Below, in pieces: positions 1 through 12,743 of a stretch of DNA of 64,000 bases; within the stretch, counting starts at the first letter, position 1, and every line of letters begins with the position of its first letter. The notes under the pieces are model-generated. The model searched no databases. It saw only the letters and a program-made list of their open reading frames with translations, and was not told the origin of the DNA. This stretch comes from Spongospora subterranea f. sp. subterranea (taxonomy: Eukaryota), in the NCBI GenBank assembly GCA_049724395.1, contig JAUGWO010000063.1, positions 62,001 through 126,000 on the forward strand, written 5' to 3'. Made by a program: the position numbers and the translations under genes.

Positions 1-18
1 CATTATTGTAAAACGTCG

Positions 19-1986
19 ATGGTGAGAGGTGGTGGGTCGGTGTTAACATCTCGGGATGCGGGCCCGTTCCGACGGCTGCCCAGCAACGTCCTCTTCCAGA
101 TATTTCAGTATTATCTACCGCCGGTCGACCCATCGTTTATCGAGGCGTTCCCAACCGAATTTCGGATTTTGCACCAATATCGTGCAAATTTTTACAGAAA
201 AACGACATTTCCATTATGTTTTGCTGTTCAAGCTGATGATCTGTAAGGGGATTTGTAATTCATCTTATCGTCGTATATATTGGTCAACTGTCGTCCGGAA
301 ACTGTCGAATGTTTCATCAAATTATTCATTTGATTTGTGTTGAAAACCCACATCCGATTTGTGGCTCAACATGGTCAAAATACCGCGAGTAGTATTTATT
401 CCCAAAGATGCTGTGATCTCATTGCGGTTTTACGTATTATGTGAAGTGTTTGTTGTTTCAATCAGGTTTTACAAATTTGTCTATTTTCCTGTGATGCCAA
501 TCGTGGTTTTGTGTAGTATCGGTGTGGTCCAGCTATTTATCGACGAAGGATGCGATTTGGACTATGATGAATTTCCAACTAATTTTGCTCCAATACATTA
601 TGCTGTCACATTGAACCGGTACTCGTCAATCCTACCTGTCTTTCTTGATTTCATGCCCTCATCAACTTTGTCTATTGAGTCTGGACATCGTAAAGGCCCT
701 TGTTTGTGGCGGCGCCTCGCTATACATCAGAACTATCTACAAATCAACAGCCCTGAGCATTGCCATTTCTCAACAAAAGTAAACCATATTCTTAGCACCG
801 TCGTTGTGTTTTGATAAACAAACAGCAATCATTTCTTTTAACTAACAGCCATCAGTTTTTTGCAGCATAAATGAACGAATTTTTTATTGGTTTGCTTGTT
901 CCAGTTTGCTCCTCCTTTTCCATGTTAGAGTTCGCTCTTTGACGTTGTTCCTATGTCATTTCATCATATTCTTCAGCTCACGGTTCTGGAATGTAGGCTC
1001 GAAATATTCAAGTATCTGTTGGACTGCGGTGCTGACATTAATCAGAGGTTGCACGGGAATGAAACGCCTTTGATCGTCGCCAGCTATTGTCCTCAGTAAC
1101 ACAAATCATCCCCAATTCGACGAAACCGGTTCCCATTTCCTCTCTAGTACGAATTTTTATGCTCGAACGCTATTGTCGCGGGGTGCTGATATCAGTGATT
1201 TTGATGATGAGCATCAAACCGCCTTGATGGCCGCGTCAAAATTTGGGTATTGCCGCCCTCCCGTTCACTAATCGTAGAGCTGATATATCTGCTTTCCTAG
1301 ATTATTCACTGTGGTTGACACGCTGCTGAACGCGGGCGCCGATGTTGGCCATGTTGATTTACAAGGAAACACGGCTTTGATTTTGGCAGCTGCTAACTCC
1401 GAGTAAGACATCAACCGATACCCAGTTGTGTTTGTTCCCAGACCTCGTTCAGTGTGCTGATCGGGGAAGTTTTGCTGAAATACGGCTCTAAGGTCAACTC
1501 CGCTAATCGTTTTGGAAAAACAGCATTGATGCTGGCTTCGAATGGCGGCAGGTAACATCGCATTGGTTCGCGGCTGTTTTATCTCAACCTAAGTAGGTTT
1601 GGGATTCGTTTTTTGTTTTTCTCTTTGGCTCAATGCTTTTTATCTTGTAATGTCGCCATCTGTTCCTATGTTCAACGCATCATTGGGTTTCTGTATGTTT
1701 AAAGCACAGGAAGAGGATAATCCTTATCCTAGAACGTGTTTATTGGTGCCGTGTCGGCATCTTATGTGTGATCAGGATTGATTGGGTCAATTTGCTCTTG
1801 AAACACGGCGCTGAAGTCACCGCTCGTGATTCTTATAATCGATCCGCCTTGTACATGGCAGTTTCCGCAAACCATGACCCTTGTTCTAGAATTCGTGTCA
1901 TCGAGAGTTTAATGGAACACAACGCCTCATTAAGTTATCTTGCTCCTGGCGAGTTGGTGGCACTGGTGGCCAGCATACCAACGTAA
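19..1986 (+). CDS. Multi-exon ankyrin-repeat protein with an N-terminal F-box-like motif
   Basis: Exons encode ankyrin motifs (GADINQRLHGNETPLIVA; GADISDFDDEHQTALMAASKFG; LLNAGADVGHVDLQGNTALILAA; LLKYGSKVNSANRFGKTALMLAS; LLLKHGAEVTARDSYNRSALYMAV). The first exon has FRRLPSNVLFQIFQYY. Stop TAA at 1984-1986. Confidence 0.8.
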
Positions 1987-2416
1987 ATGATATTTGCGAC
2001 CTGCTGTGCTCCATATTTTGAAATATTCGCATCTCGCGCAGATACACGTCTTACCCGAATATGTGTTGAGTTTACAAATCATTCTCACGGAAATGATCAC
2101 AATTATTTGTACATCCAAATGTCAATGAATGAGCGAGGGGGATACGGGTGTAAACGGCGATATCTGTCATTAAACAACAATCAAATCAATCGAAGATGAG
2201 AATATCAATAATTCCTCCAGATTCATTTGATAGTCGCCAATATTGATAATTCCCTAATATCAAACCCATCACCGCTCGAAATATTTCAGATAATCCTGTT
2301 CAAACGGTGTTCAGTCTGAACCTTTCGGGCCGTTTTAGAACAATTCTTCCATTAAATGCAACAAGTAGGGTCGTAATGATCCTTTAAAAGGGGTCGAATT
2401 GGAGTATTCCTTATTT

Positions 2417-2959
2417 ATGGCGGGTAAGGTCGGATCAGGCGATAATCGAGGAGATGTGGGGGTAGAATCCGTCAACAACGTTATCGCCATTCTCAAGGAG
2501 CAGATCACCCTGGGCCAAGCCGATACCGACGCGATACGACACGAGACCGACTTGCTGAAGGAATTAGCGATCGATAACGGTCTGATCGAATATTTGGTGT
2601 CGGGTCGGGTTCACGATCAACGCAAGATCGACCGATCGAGGAAGACGTTGCGAAGGCGCTCGTCGACCCATGAAAGAATGGGGGCGTTTATTGACGAAGG
2701 CGGATTGGGAGATATCGCTCAACAACTCGAAGGAATTCGAAGCGATTGCGCATTGATAAGAACGCAGATCGAGGTCTTGGTCAATGAATCATCGCTAGAG
2801 CGATTGGAACAGCGAATGAAGGCGGCCAACGATCAGTTCGCAATGCAGTTAGGGTGCGAACGGCGACGGATTCAGCTGGCGACGCGATCCTGTTCCCTGG
2901 TTCTAGCGCGAATTGAGACGGCCTCCAATCAAATACAATCACGACATAGATCGTCGTGA
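2417..2959 (+). CDS. Hypothetical coiled-coil protein
   Basis: Uninterrupted ORF of about 180 aa from ATG, helical/heptad character; no family recognised. Confidence 0.5.
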   Translation: MAGKVGSGDNRGDVGVESVNNVIAILKEQITLGQADTDAIRHETDLLKELAIDNGLIEYLVSGRVHDQRKIDRSRKTLRRRSSTHERMGAFIDEGGLGDIAQQLEGIRSDCALIRTQIEVLVNESSLERLEQRMKAANDQFAMQLGCERRRIQLATRSCSLVLARIETASNQIQSRHRSS

Positions 2960-3217
2960 AATCGATATCGACCAATAACGATTAGAGGGAAGATCCCATC
3001 ATCGTCACTCGTATCGACTCAACTGTTCCCCATTGATGGGAAGACGATTTGCCGCCTTTGTGGCGATAAAGTGGTGGGCTCAACAAGACAATTAATCGGA
3101 AAAATGTAATTATATGTTAATTTGGGAGAGGGGGAAATAGATATCGGACGACGATTGGTTTCATTTTGCCGAATGGGATTGAAATGAATTTTGGATTCGG
3201 TGTTTCGGGAATTGTTC

Positions 3218-5280
3218 TCAGGCGATTCTGGGATCGTTGGACGGGAATCGCTGTCGAGCAGCGTCAAGTAAACGGGTGAAACTCTTTGGGCGCGACGCTG
3301 CGATCGCCTGGGGATCCTCACTCCAGCAGATATAGAGGGTTCTGAACAAGGAAAAACACGACGACGATGATGAACGGGGAACGAAGGAATGCGATAGAAT
3401 GGGGTTTACGCGATTGACGAACGGATTGGGAATAGGATGATGGTCATTAACAGGAAGGTGAACTGAGGGAAAATTCGATTAGAGACGATAAAGGAGGAAT
3501 ATTACAGACCACACTATTGAAAAGAAGGAAACAATTGAATAACAAATTTGCTAATTTTGGAATTGTTGGAAAACACGAAGGGGCGGCGCCCTCGTAAACA
3601 TCAGGAATGACAATGTGGAGCCGCTGATTCGATGAATCCAGTTATATTACCAGAAAGGATAGGACCAGTATCAGGAGCACGTCGAATTGCGTCGCACCGG
3701 GCGATGATTTGGCGATGTAAACGGCGGAGAGGACACTGAGGTAGAAATATATATTGAGGGACAACAGACAAACACACGAGGGATATTATGGAAAACGGGG
3801 GGTCAGATCTAAACAATCCACTGCCCTGATATGATCGATCCGAATAGAATACCGATCGTGATAACGCCACTGCTCAGATCATCGTTGACGAACGCGTCGA
3901 TTCCCGACGATTTCAGCAGGTGGTTGGTGGACTCGGTCGATTGGCGAATAGATGAACCGTAGATGGCCAGATAGCTCAAGGAATATATCTGGTATGCGCT
4001 AAGATTTGGGGATTGAGATTCGAGGGGCAATGGCGGTTGGAGATGGATGGGCGATACCTCAGGATGCGATTGAATAACGACTGAATACATCGACCGAAAC
4101 AGGGAATTAAACCGATCGTGATGTTGAACAGGTGAATGGCGCCGATTATGAGGGCGCCGAAGCTGATGGAGCCGAAGGACGTTGTGCAGGACCTGGTGAG
4201 GATGATGAGGGGGATGGCGGTGGTGGTGATGGGGGAAGGATCTGACCGGATTAGGGCGTTGATGGTGGGACGGTGAGGGTGCGAGAATAGCAGATAGGAC
4301 GCGGCGACACCGCTCGAGGTGACGTGCACGATCAGAACGATCACTGTTTGTCGTGGCGGCGATCAGGGACGGATCCGACGACGATGACGATATTAGGGCA
4401 CCTTGACATATATACAGTAGGGAAACGAACAAGGTGAGGGCCGGCCATGGCGCTAGACTGGCCACCGCATGGATGGCGAATATCGCCAATAACAGCTGGA
4501 TGGCGGCGGCCGATATCGATATGATGATGGTGGATGGGTAGGTGGCGATACAGTTGGACGCCACCATTAGACTATATCGTCATCATCAATAAAGGGGGAT
4601 CAATTCATCAGGAAACCCCATTGAATCAGTTTCACAAAACCATACTCTCAATTCTTCGATCAAACTCAAAATTTAATTTCGAAACAAATTCAAAATTTGC
4701 ATTTGATAATCGTGAAGGAATCTTTGATCGGTGAAGAGTGTGATGAAAGTGATATTTGGGTCCGATTAGGGAAAGGGAGCTAGGAAAGGTGTTGACGAGT
4801 TCATACGTGGCCGATGCGAACGGGATTCGATTACGGCAGAACCAGTAGTAGAAGGCGACCGAGACGAAGACGACGAAGAACGGGATGGGCAAGGACGAGA
4901 CGAGACACATGAAGAGGGAGAAGGCGATCCCCGATATGAACATGAGATGGATCATGATCCCCGGCAGGAAATGGAGGATGATCAACCTGAACCGCGACGA
5001 CAGGTGTTAATGGGGAGGGAGTCGACGCACCAGGAGATACCGACCATGAGCACGAGGCGACGATCGCCACAGCCGAGGCGATCGCCAGATAATCCCCGAC
5101 GATGGGCGAATCGCCATCCAGCGGTGACGCCGATGACGCCCCGATCGTGCCGATCACCACGAACACAATGGAGATGGCAATAAAGGCCCCGATCCAATGG
5201 GTATCGGAGTATGGCGTTGCCATGTAACGCAGGCGGGTTCGAGCGCCATCTCGTTGGCCATCGTCCTGATCGTTGATCAT
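3218..5280 (-). CDS. Choline transporter-like (CTL/SLC44, PNS1-type) membrane protein, multi-exon
   Basis: Family-like motifs YSDTHW...F, RNRIPFASA, TTSFGSISFGALII, YLAIYGSS...SGIDAFVNDDL and last exon TLYICWSEDP; many hydrophobic segments. Confidence 0.85.
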
Positions 5281-5535
5281 CAGATCCCTTCCCCGAATCT
5301 CTCTCCCTTCTTCTCCTCTGTGTTTCTCTATCGAATCGCCCCCTCATCTCCCCCCAGATATTGATCGTACCACTCCCATCGGGGGAAAATCTCCAAAACA
5401 CCAATCTCTCGATCGCAACCTCGTTCGCCCTCCGAGCCATTGTCACCATATCGAACAACACCACAAACCAAATCGGCCGATGATATTTATAGATCAACCG
5501 ATATTATTAGGTTCGTGGCGAAACATACCGAAAAC

Positions 5536-7243
5536 ATGGCGTATCTGATCAGGACGATATTGGTCGTGATGATCTGTAGGTCGTCGTGGGCGATCGTTGA
5601 TCATCGCCGGGTTGAGGACGGGTCCGATCGGTTTAGTCGAGGTCAAACGACGAACGGCGTCGATCATATCGGCCAGAACGATCACAATCGTTCGTTGAGC
5701 AATTTCGATCGCGAACAGATTTCGTCCCAATCGTCACGATCGTCCTCGCTCCAACCGTAAAACCCATCGTCGTCGTCGTTCCCGATCGTGATCTCTGATT
5801 TGGGGAGGATTCAGGTCAATCGCGATGGGCGCCTCGCAACAGGATAACGCCCTGAGTTCCAGTCGCGGGTTCCGCGACGCGCTGTCAAATCGATCAGTGG
5901 AACAGGATTTCAGTAAAGAAACGGCGTTGACCGATCGTGGCGCACATCACCATGGGGTTCGATCAACATCTGTTATTGATCCAATAGGTAAATCATCGTG
6001 ATATTTCAACATAAAAAGCGTCGCCGATCGTGATTTTTCGATGAAAACCGACGTCGATTCGTTTTTTTTGCAGTTTTGGATTTCAACTTGAACAGGGAGA
6101 GAACTGAGGTGGTTTGGTGGTGACAGGGAAAGGCGGTGGATCGGTCGACATGATTGATGGAGATGGGCGATCGGAGACCGGGGATTGGGCTCAGACCGGG
6201 CGGCAATCGCTGACGCGGCACGAGGCGGATCGGGACGTGATCGAGCGCCACGAGGCCCGGGCGTCCCGAGCGGATCGGGCCGCGATCGCCCCCTCGACAG
6301 GGGAGATGGCGGCACATCACCAGACCGAATGGGCCAGCACCCACGATCACTCCGATATCACACCAACTGACGTAAAACAACACACGAATCCGTTCACGGA
6401 AATTCCAACGATTCTGATCGAACGTCGACAGTGTCTCAGTTCCGTTTGATTTATTGATTTTCACCCGAAAACTGGCTCGTTTTGTTGTTCAAACTCTTTC
6501 AATTGTTCGAACATCGATAATCCGTTGAGTATATGATTTTAAAACAAACAAATGGGTTTCACAACAATTGAGCGAATCCGTTTTCCGTGTTTTTGACTGA
6601 TGTTGGGGAGTCCGTTTCTGGATTGGGTCTCGGGGAGGTAATTACTGACACGAAGAGATCTGACATAGCTGACGATCGAACAATCGCGACGACAAGATAT
6701 CGGGCAACACGTTCGCCGGGACGCCGATCGGGAACGGGCGTTCCGGGCCCAGACACGGATCGATGGCGATCGCGCCGATTCGAACCACAGAGCCGGCGAT
6801 CGCGGGCGATCGTCGGCCAGATTTAGCCATCATCAAGATCTGCACCAACGAGAGTATATTGACATTGTTGTGGTCGTTTCGATTGTTTTCGACAACGACG
6901 TTGTTGTTTTATCCGCTTTTTCAACGACGATTGTTGTTTTTGCCATTTGATCCGGGTTTTGATTGTGGGCGATGGCTCGTACAGCTATCGTGACGACGAA
7001 GGCGGTACGATATCGCAGGAGTCGTCGTGGGACAAGGGGCGCATCGGCGGCGGTACCCGCCTGGCGGCGAACGGGAACCTGGCCGGGCAGAGCATCGAGG
7101 CGGCGATCGTATCGGGTCACGATCGCTACACGTCCGACGGGGGCAACGTCCTCAGCAATCAGACACGCTCGACGGAATCCGCCACCTTCTTCGACGATCG
7201 CGACTCGGATCGAACGGAATCGGGGAACACAATCTTGTTGTAA
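5536..7243 (+). CDS. Hypothetical secreted, low-complexity D/R/S/G-rich protein, multi-exon
   Basis: MAYLIRTILVVMICRSSWA resembles a signal peptide; GC-rich open exons end at gtaaaa donors (about 5757 and 6372); last exon stops at 7243. Confidence 0.45.
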
Positions 7244-7298
7244 AATTCATAATCAATGTCGAAAAACAACGCGGAAATTTTCGCGATTTCGTCGTTGT

Positions 7299-8400
7299 TT
7301 ATTTGCGGAAGTTGCCGATCGCGGTTCTAACGATGGCGTTGCCCTGCGATGCGAACACCTGGGATAGGTCGGGGCAGATACAGGAACGGATTCGATCGGC
7401 GGGGACCGAGCCGATCATGGCGCCCTTGGGCGAGATCAGGTGCAGGTCGCCGCCCATGGGCAGATCGTGGTGGGCCACGACCAGGTTCCCGTCGCGATCG
7501 CAGGCGACGCCCATCGGCCCCAGCCCGCCCTGAAACCGGTAGAACACAGACGCGTGGAACACGTGCTCGGAATGAGTTGAGCGAGCCAGGCGAACGATTC
7601 GGTTCCTCATGGTTTCCGCCACGTAGACGACGGATCCGTCCGGCGATAGGCAGATTCCCGACGGATGCGCCAAACAGTTCAACAGAATCGGAACGAGAAC
7701 ATGATCTGATCCTGATCTCACTCGTCAATTCGTTTTCCGCTTTTTCAACAGAATTCTGTGTTCCAACCAGTGATTGCATAGACGGAGCCGTTCGCCTTCT
7801 CCAACGTTGTCGTTCCTGCGCAAACGATACGAACATGAGAGAAATGTTTTTTTTTTTTGGGATTTCCTAGTAGACCTAATGGACCGGAATCGGTGAAGAA
7901 AATCGTTCCATGGTGATCGAGGCAAAGAGAATTTGGCCCTTTGAACGGGACGCCCTCGTAGTCGTCGACGATTTTCGTGAGCGACTCCCCGTCGGCGAAC
8001 GTCACTGAGGGCGGCGGGATCAGGTTCAAGGGGGAAAAGACTCAGGGAGCGATCCTCATCACCAACCTATCGCTTTATGGGCCAGATCGGCGATGAACAT
8101 TCGCCCGGTCTCGTCGAATACGATCCCGCTAGGGCATCCGCCCGTATCAACTAGAACAGCGGGTTCACCTTCCTGAACAGATATTTAATCAGAACTGTTT
8201 CAGTCGAATTGATAGATCGGGGACGATCCATCAATTCGACGAAGGGGGTTTTGTTGATAGGGATTATTCGTCGGTACCTGATTGTGGGGGAGATCGACGA
8301 TGGCGATCTCGCCGTTCCCCAATCCGACCGCCATCGACGACGTACTGGGGTCCAGCGCCATACAGGTCACATTGTGACTGAAATGGGCACACACCTCCAT
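7299..8400 (-). CDS. SMP-30/gluconolactonase/LRE-like six-bladed beta-propeller protein, multi-exon
   Basis: TGGCPSGIVFDETGRMFIAD; FKGPNSLCLDHHGTIFFTDSG; LAHPSGICLSPDGSVVYVAETMRNRI; GPMGVACDRDGNLVVA. Confidence 0.85.
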
Positions 8401-8980
8401 GGCGCTACACCAAGGGGAGTCGCCCAACAGATGTCTGGCGATTGGGCCGTTATCGTACGCGGAGCTGTGATGATGATCAGCCCCCAATCTTATCGCCAGA
8501 ACGGTGAGTGTTTGCCCCAGTCAATTCCTGTCACACAGGGTCGATACATATCGCCATCTGTACCCCCAAACCATCATCATTGGCGTGTTGATCACCATAC
8601 CTCTGGTTTATTACACCCATTGACGGCATTGACAATTGTCCAATAGCCGATGTCCTTCGAAATCACAATAAAACTAGATCTCAACTGCCAGGCGATTTTC
8701 CCATGGAAATCGTTTGAAAGCAACACACTTTCTTGAAAACCGAACGTCCCCACCCAATGGCTTCTGAAAAGGTTAAAAGAAGGGTGTTTTGTTGGGCAAA
8801 GTCGTTTTGATAATTTGTTTGAAAAGGCGAATTTGCTGATTTGATGGGGTGTCTTTCGATGTCGTGTGATAACGAGGAATAACCGTCGAAAAACGGGCTC
8901 GGTTTTGGCTGGTGCGATGCAGCACTAAACAACATATTCCAACAGAAATCGGATAACAATATTAATATTACAGGTATATT

Positions 8981-10470
8981 TCAAGAGGGTATTGCAGCGA
9001 TCAGCTGGGCCCTTTGCGGATCCGATAGGTTCTGCGGGAACTCGACGATGAAATTGATGATGAGGTCGCCGCGCGCGTCTGGTCGTTTACTGAACGGCAT
9101 TCCGTGACCGGGAACGACTTTACGAAAGGACGAGGTCTGCGCATTGCAAGATCAGCGATGTGATCAGTTTCTGAAAAACAATCGCGACCTGAAGCGGTTT
9201 CACTCGAATACGAAGCTTCTGCGAATCGATCCCCATAACTTCGACGGCGAATCCAGTCAACGCCTGGCGCGCGATTGTGAGCAATCATCGTTGGCGATTG
9301 ACGAAGGACCAGTACGAGACTGCACCTGTTTCAGCGACACCTTGACCTCGTGAAGAAGGTGGCTGTCCAATCGTTTGAAGAACGGGTGCGGTTTCTCCTG
9401 GATGACGAAGATGATATCGGCCGGTTGGAAATCGGGCAGCTCATCGCCCTCGTCTTAACCGAAAAACAATATTCATGTCGTGGACCGCGCAATACTGCCA
9501 GAGCACACAACAGATTACCGAAAAACGTGATCCGCGTCCCAGCTTTCCAACCTCTCCTGTTGGACCAACGTTATTACGAGGGTTGGACGTCAGGATCGTT
9601 TACCCATGACTGACCTGACGTCGATCTGCAGAACGACGGAATCGTCGACGCCTTTCCGCAAACGGGTGACCTTCATCCGCTTGGTGGCGCCAGCGTAGAG
9701 ATCTTCTAGCGTCACCAGAACATCGTGCTAAGACCCCATACAAATGGGTTAAAACCACCCAGAACGTGGTCGCAAACGTTGATTGTTCAGTACCACAATC
9801 GGGGGCGATTTCGGCAGTCCATGATTGCCAGGCTGGCCGGCGAATGGATATCCAGAGTTTGGCATCGATGAGCCGGCAGAGTCGAACGTCTGATTGTGGA
9901 AGACGCCACCGTCGTTGAAGAACTAAATTCACGATCAGATCGCGATCTCAGTGACAGAAAACACGCGCTCAATCTCGGGACGAACATTGGCGAAGAATTC
10001 TTCGGCGTTGCCGCTGAACCCCTGATAGCCTTTCTGCTGTGTGTCGCCATCCTCGAAGTCGGCCTGCAGCCCTTCCGCTCCGAACCGATCGTACACCTCC
10101 TTCTTCTCCTCTGTCAATCAGCACAATTAGGTTCAGAGAGGTGCTGGGGAGGCGGCAATTAACCCAGGGGAACCCCTAAAACCTGGGTCGGCCCATACAA
10201 TCGAAACTCAACTCACTATCTCCAAGTACGTCGAACGCTTCGGCAATCTCAAGGAACCTCTCGTTCGCTTCCTCCTTATTCCCAGGGTTCTTGTCTGAAC
10301 CGAGAAAAACAAAACACAAAAACAACACAGAATAAGACCACTGGCGACGTCGAATCAGATCTTTCCCGACCAGGATGATATCGTAGCGCCATTCTCCTAT
10401 AGCCATGTTTGATCTCATCCTCGGTGGCATCTCGCGCCAAACCCAAGATGGCGTAATAGTCGACCGCCAT
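8981..10470 (-). CDS. Class B (type II) DnaJ/Hsp40 co-chaperone, multi-exon
   Basis: J-domain [11 protein letters not shown]...ALRYHP|DKNP...[10 protein letters not shown]-terminal domain [45 protein letters not shown]...RGDLII..VEFP; stop at 8981-8983. Confidence 0.92.
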
Positions 10471-10584
10471 CTAATTCTCGATCGGCAACTTCTCTGGCCC
10501 TGATGACGCCAAATTCCGGAAAAAACGATCGGAAAATTGTCCGAAAATTATCGCCAATTCACTGGATATTATTTATGTTCTGGA

Positions 10585-10775
10585 ACATGAGTGGATGGCG
10601 CGGCCTCACTTAACTGTCGCTCGGCCTCCATTTAACATGAGTCAGCCGCGCCATCCACTCATGTTAAATGGAGGCCAAGCGACAGTTAAGTGAGGCCGCG
10701 CCATCTACTCGCTCGGCCTCCATTTAACATGAGTGGATGGCGCGGCCTCACTTGGCTGTCGCTAGGCCTCCATTT
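10585..10775. repeat. 50-bp unit arranged forward / inverted / forward
   Basis: Unit acatgagtggatggcgcggcctcacttaactgtcgctcggcctccattta at 10585; reverse-complement copy at about 10643-10710; forward copy again at 10711-10775. Confidence 0.92.
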
Positions 10776-11057
10776 CTGACAGCCGGGAGCAGTTAGGCCA
10801 TCGGCAATCGCAACTCAGAACGTGTTTGTTTCAATGAGAATTGTCTTAGTCGATGTAATATGCATTTGCTGACTGTCGCCTCAATGGACATCAGCAAATC
10901 GATTGTGATATAACGAGAAAACCGCGATAAGCTCCTGAGGTCGCTCCACCTTCAATGGTTTCGACACGTTAACAGCAATAAACGGGTTATCAGGCTCTGT
11001 TAGATTTATTCATGAATCCTTCGTTTATCAAACGATAGCTGGTTAGAACAGCAATTC

Positions 11058-11603
11058 TTACAATGTGATTGGACCCTCGGCAATGAAGGAAATACAGTTC
11101 CAGGAATCTTTAGACTTGACTCGTTTGATCCGTTTGAATTGCGGTTGCTGGTTTGGGGTAATTGCGGTTCTACTGTCAGCCTTGTTCTCTTTATCGTCAT
11201 GAGGGTTCACTTTGCTGATCAGTCGGGCCTGGTTCCACCAATTCAGCAACGGACCCCTCGCCTTCTTGGTATTATCTGAGACATATTGTTGCTGGATCGA
11301 CGATAGTTGTGGCGTCATTCGCTGTTTCGTTGACGTGATAACGATCGGGCTCGACTGAGTCGTTGACTCTAGCCTCGCTCCGCCAATCCTTGGTCGCCTC
11401 GCCTGCTTGACATAATCTGAACCAGGGTTGAAACTGGTTGACATATCAGCGTATATTTGCTCTATGCTTTCCTCGTCTTGATCATCGGGCAGCACGACCA
11501 GGGACTGTTGCACCGGTGAACCTGGTCGCAACTGTTGTGCTGATTCAGACACCGTTTCGATCTGTCTCATTATCTCGCCAGGAAGCAGTTCAATATCAGC
11601 CAT
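11058..11603 (-). CDS. Hypothetical protein (181 aa)
   Basis: ATG-initiated ORF with natural composition; no family recognised. Confidence 0.45.
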   Translation of the reverse strand: MADIELLPGEIMRQIETVSESAQQLRPGSPVQQSLVVLPDDQDEESIEQIYADMSTSFNPGSDYVKQARRPRIGGARLESTTQSSPIVITSTKQRMTPQLSSIQQQYVSDNTKKARGPLLNWWNQARLISKVNPHDDKENKADSRTAITPNQQPQFKRIKRVKSKDSWNCISFIAEGPITL

Positions 11604-11995
11604 TTGAACTGACAGCGTTCGCCAATAACCACAAACGAACCCTTTGATCAGTCAAATGTGCTGTAACGTTGACTCTGCTACGCAACCGTAACAATACTGC
11701 GCTGTCGCCGTAACAGCAACGTGTTCGTCACAATGTAACATGAATTGCAGTCAAGTTAATCTATTTGCGAATAACCCGTGACGACAATCGCTGATAATCG
11801 AGAAGATAATCGCGGATATTTGAGGTTTATCCAATTCGAGAGTGGATTCCGGGTCAGCTATTTTACGCCATTGAGCGTCAAAATTGCCCGTTCATCCAAA
11901 TGCAAATTCATGTATTTGCGACTGAAGTCCGACCAGAATACTTCACACCGTTCGAAACTTCAAAAGTGCCAGTTGGTTCTTAACAGATCGTTAGC

Positions 11996-12670
11996 ATGAG
12001 TCTCCGCTCGTTATCACGTATTTTGAAGCAGTTCGACAATACTCTAAACCGAGTAGGTCGTGATGTCCGATACCCGACCTCATCGCTGTTGCCAACAACC
12101 CGCATGATCGCCCCGATCCTTGGGCCTTCGTCTTCGCTCGACTCCCCATCGGATATCTGGTCCGATCTCGACGCAGGTCTTCTCCCTGATTGGGGTGGTG
12201 TGACTCCCAGAACCGTTATGCCAATGGGTAATCCGAAATGAGCGTGGGAAACAAGTGATCTGTACTGAATCGAGAAAATCGGACAGATGTCGTTGAGAAA
12301 GACAACGAATTTGTTGCTGAAATTGACGTCCCTGCCGGAACGCCGAAGGAGAACGTCTCGGTGGAGAAGTCCAAACAGGATAAGACAATCACGATCAGTG
12401 CCGATCGATCCACAGAAAACGAAACCAAAACCGAGAACTACTGGATCAAAGAACGCTCCTTTGGGACAACACGGCGAATCATCCACGTTCCGGACAACGT
12501 TGATATGGACGGGATCAAGGTGAAACTGGAAAACGGTGCGAAAACGGAAACACTTTGTTATCATTGATTGACGAGTTTGAATTGGGTTTATAGGAACGCT
12601 GCTTATGACGATGCCGAAGACCACTCTTGAGCTGCCAGCAAAGGAAAAGCTAGAGATCGAGCAGAGTTAG
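11996..12670 (+). CDS. Small heat-shock protein (Hsp20/alpha-crystallin domain), possibly mitochondrial; 2 introns
   Basis: Spliced: PM|DVVEKDNEFVAEIDVP...ITISADR...KERSFGTTRRIIHVPDNVDMDGIKVKLENG|TLLMTMPK. The N-terminus MSLRSLSRILKQF resembles a presequence. Confidence 0.92.
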
Positions 12671-12743
12671 AAAAACATGTAATCTGATCTGACAATAAAA
12701 ATGAATTGTCTAAAATAATGTGCTCATGGTTGAGGTTAGAGGA

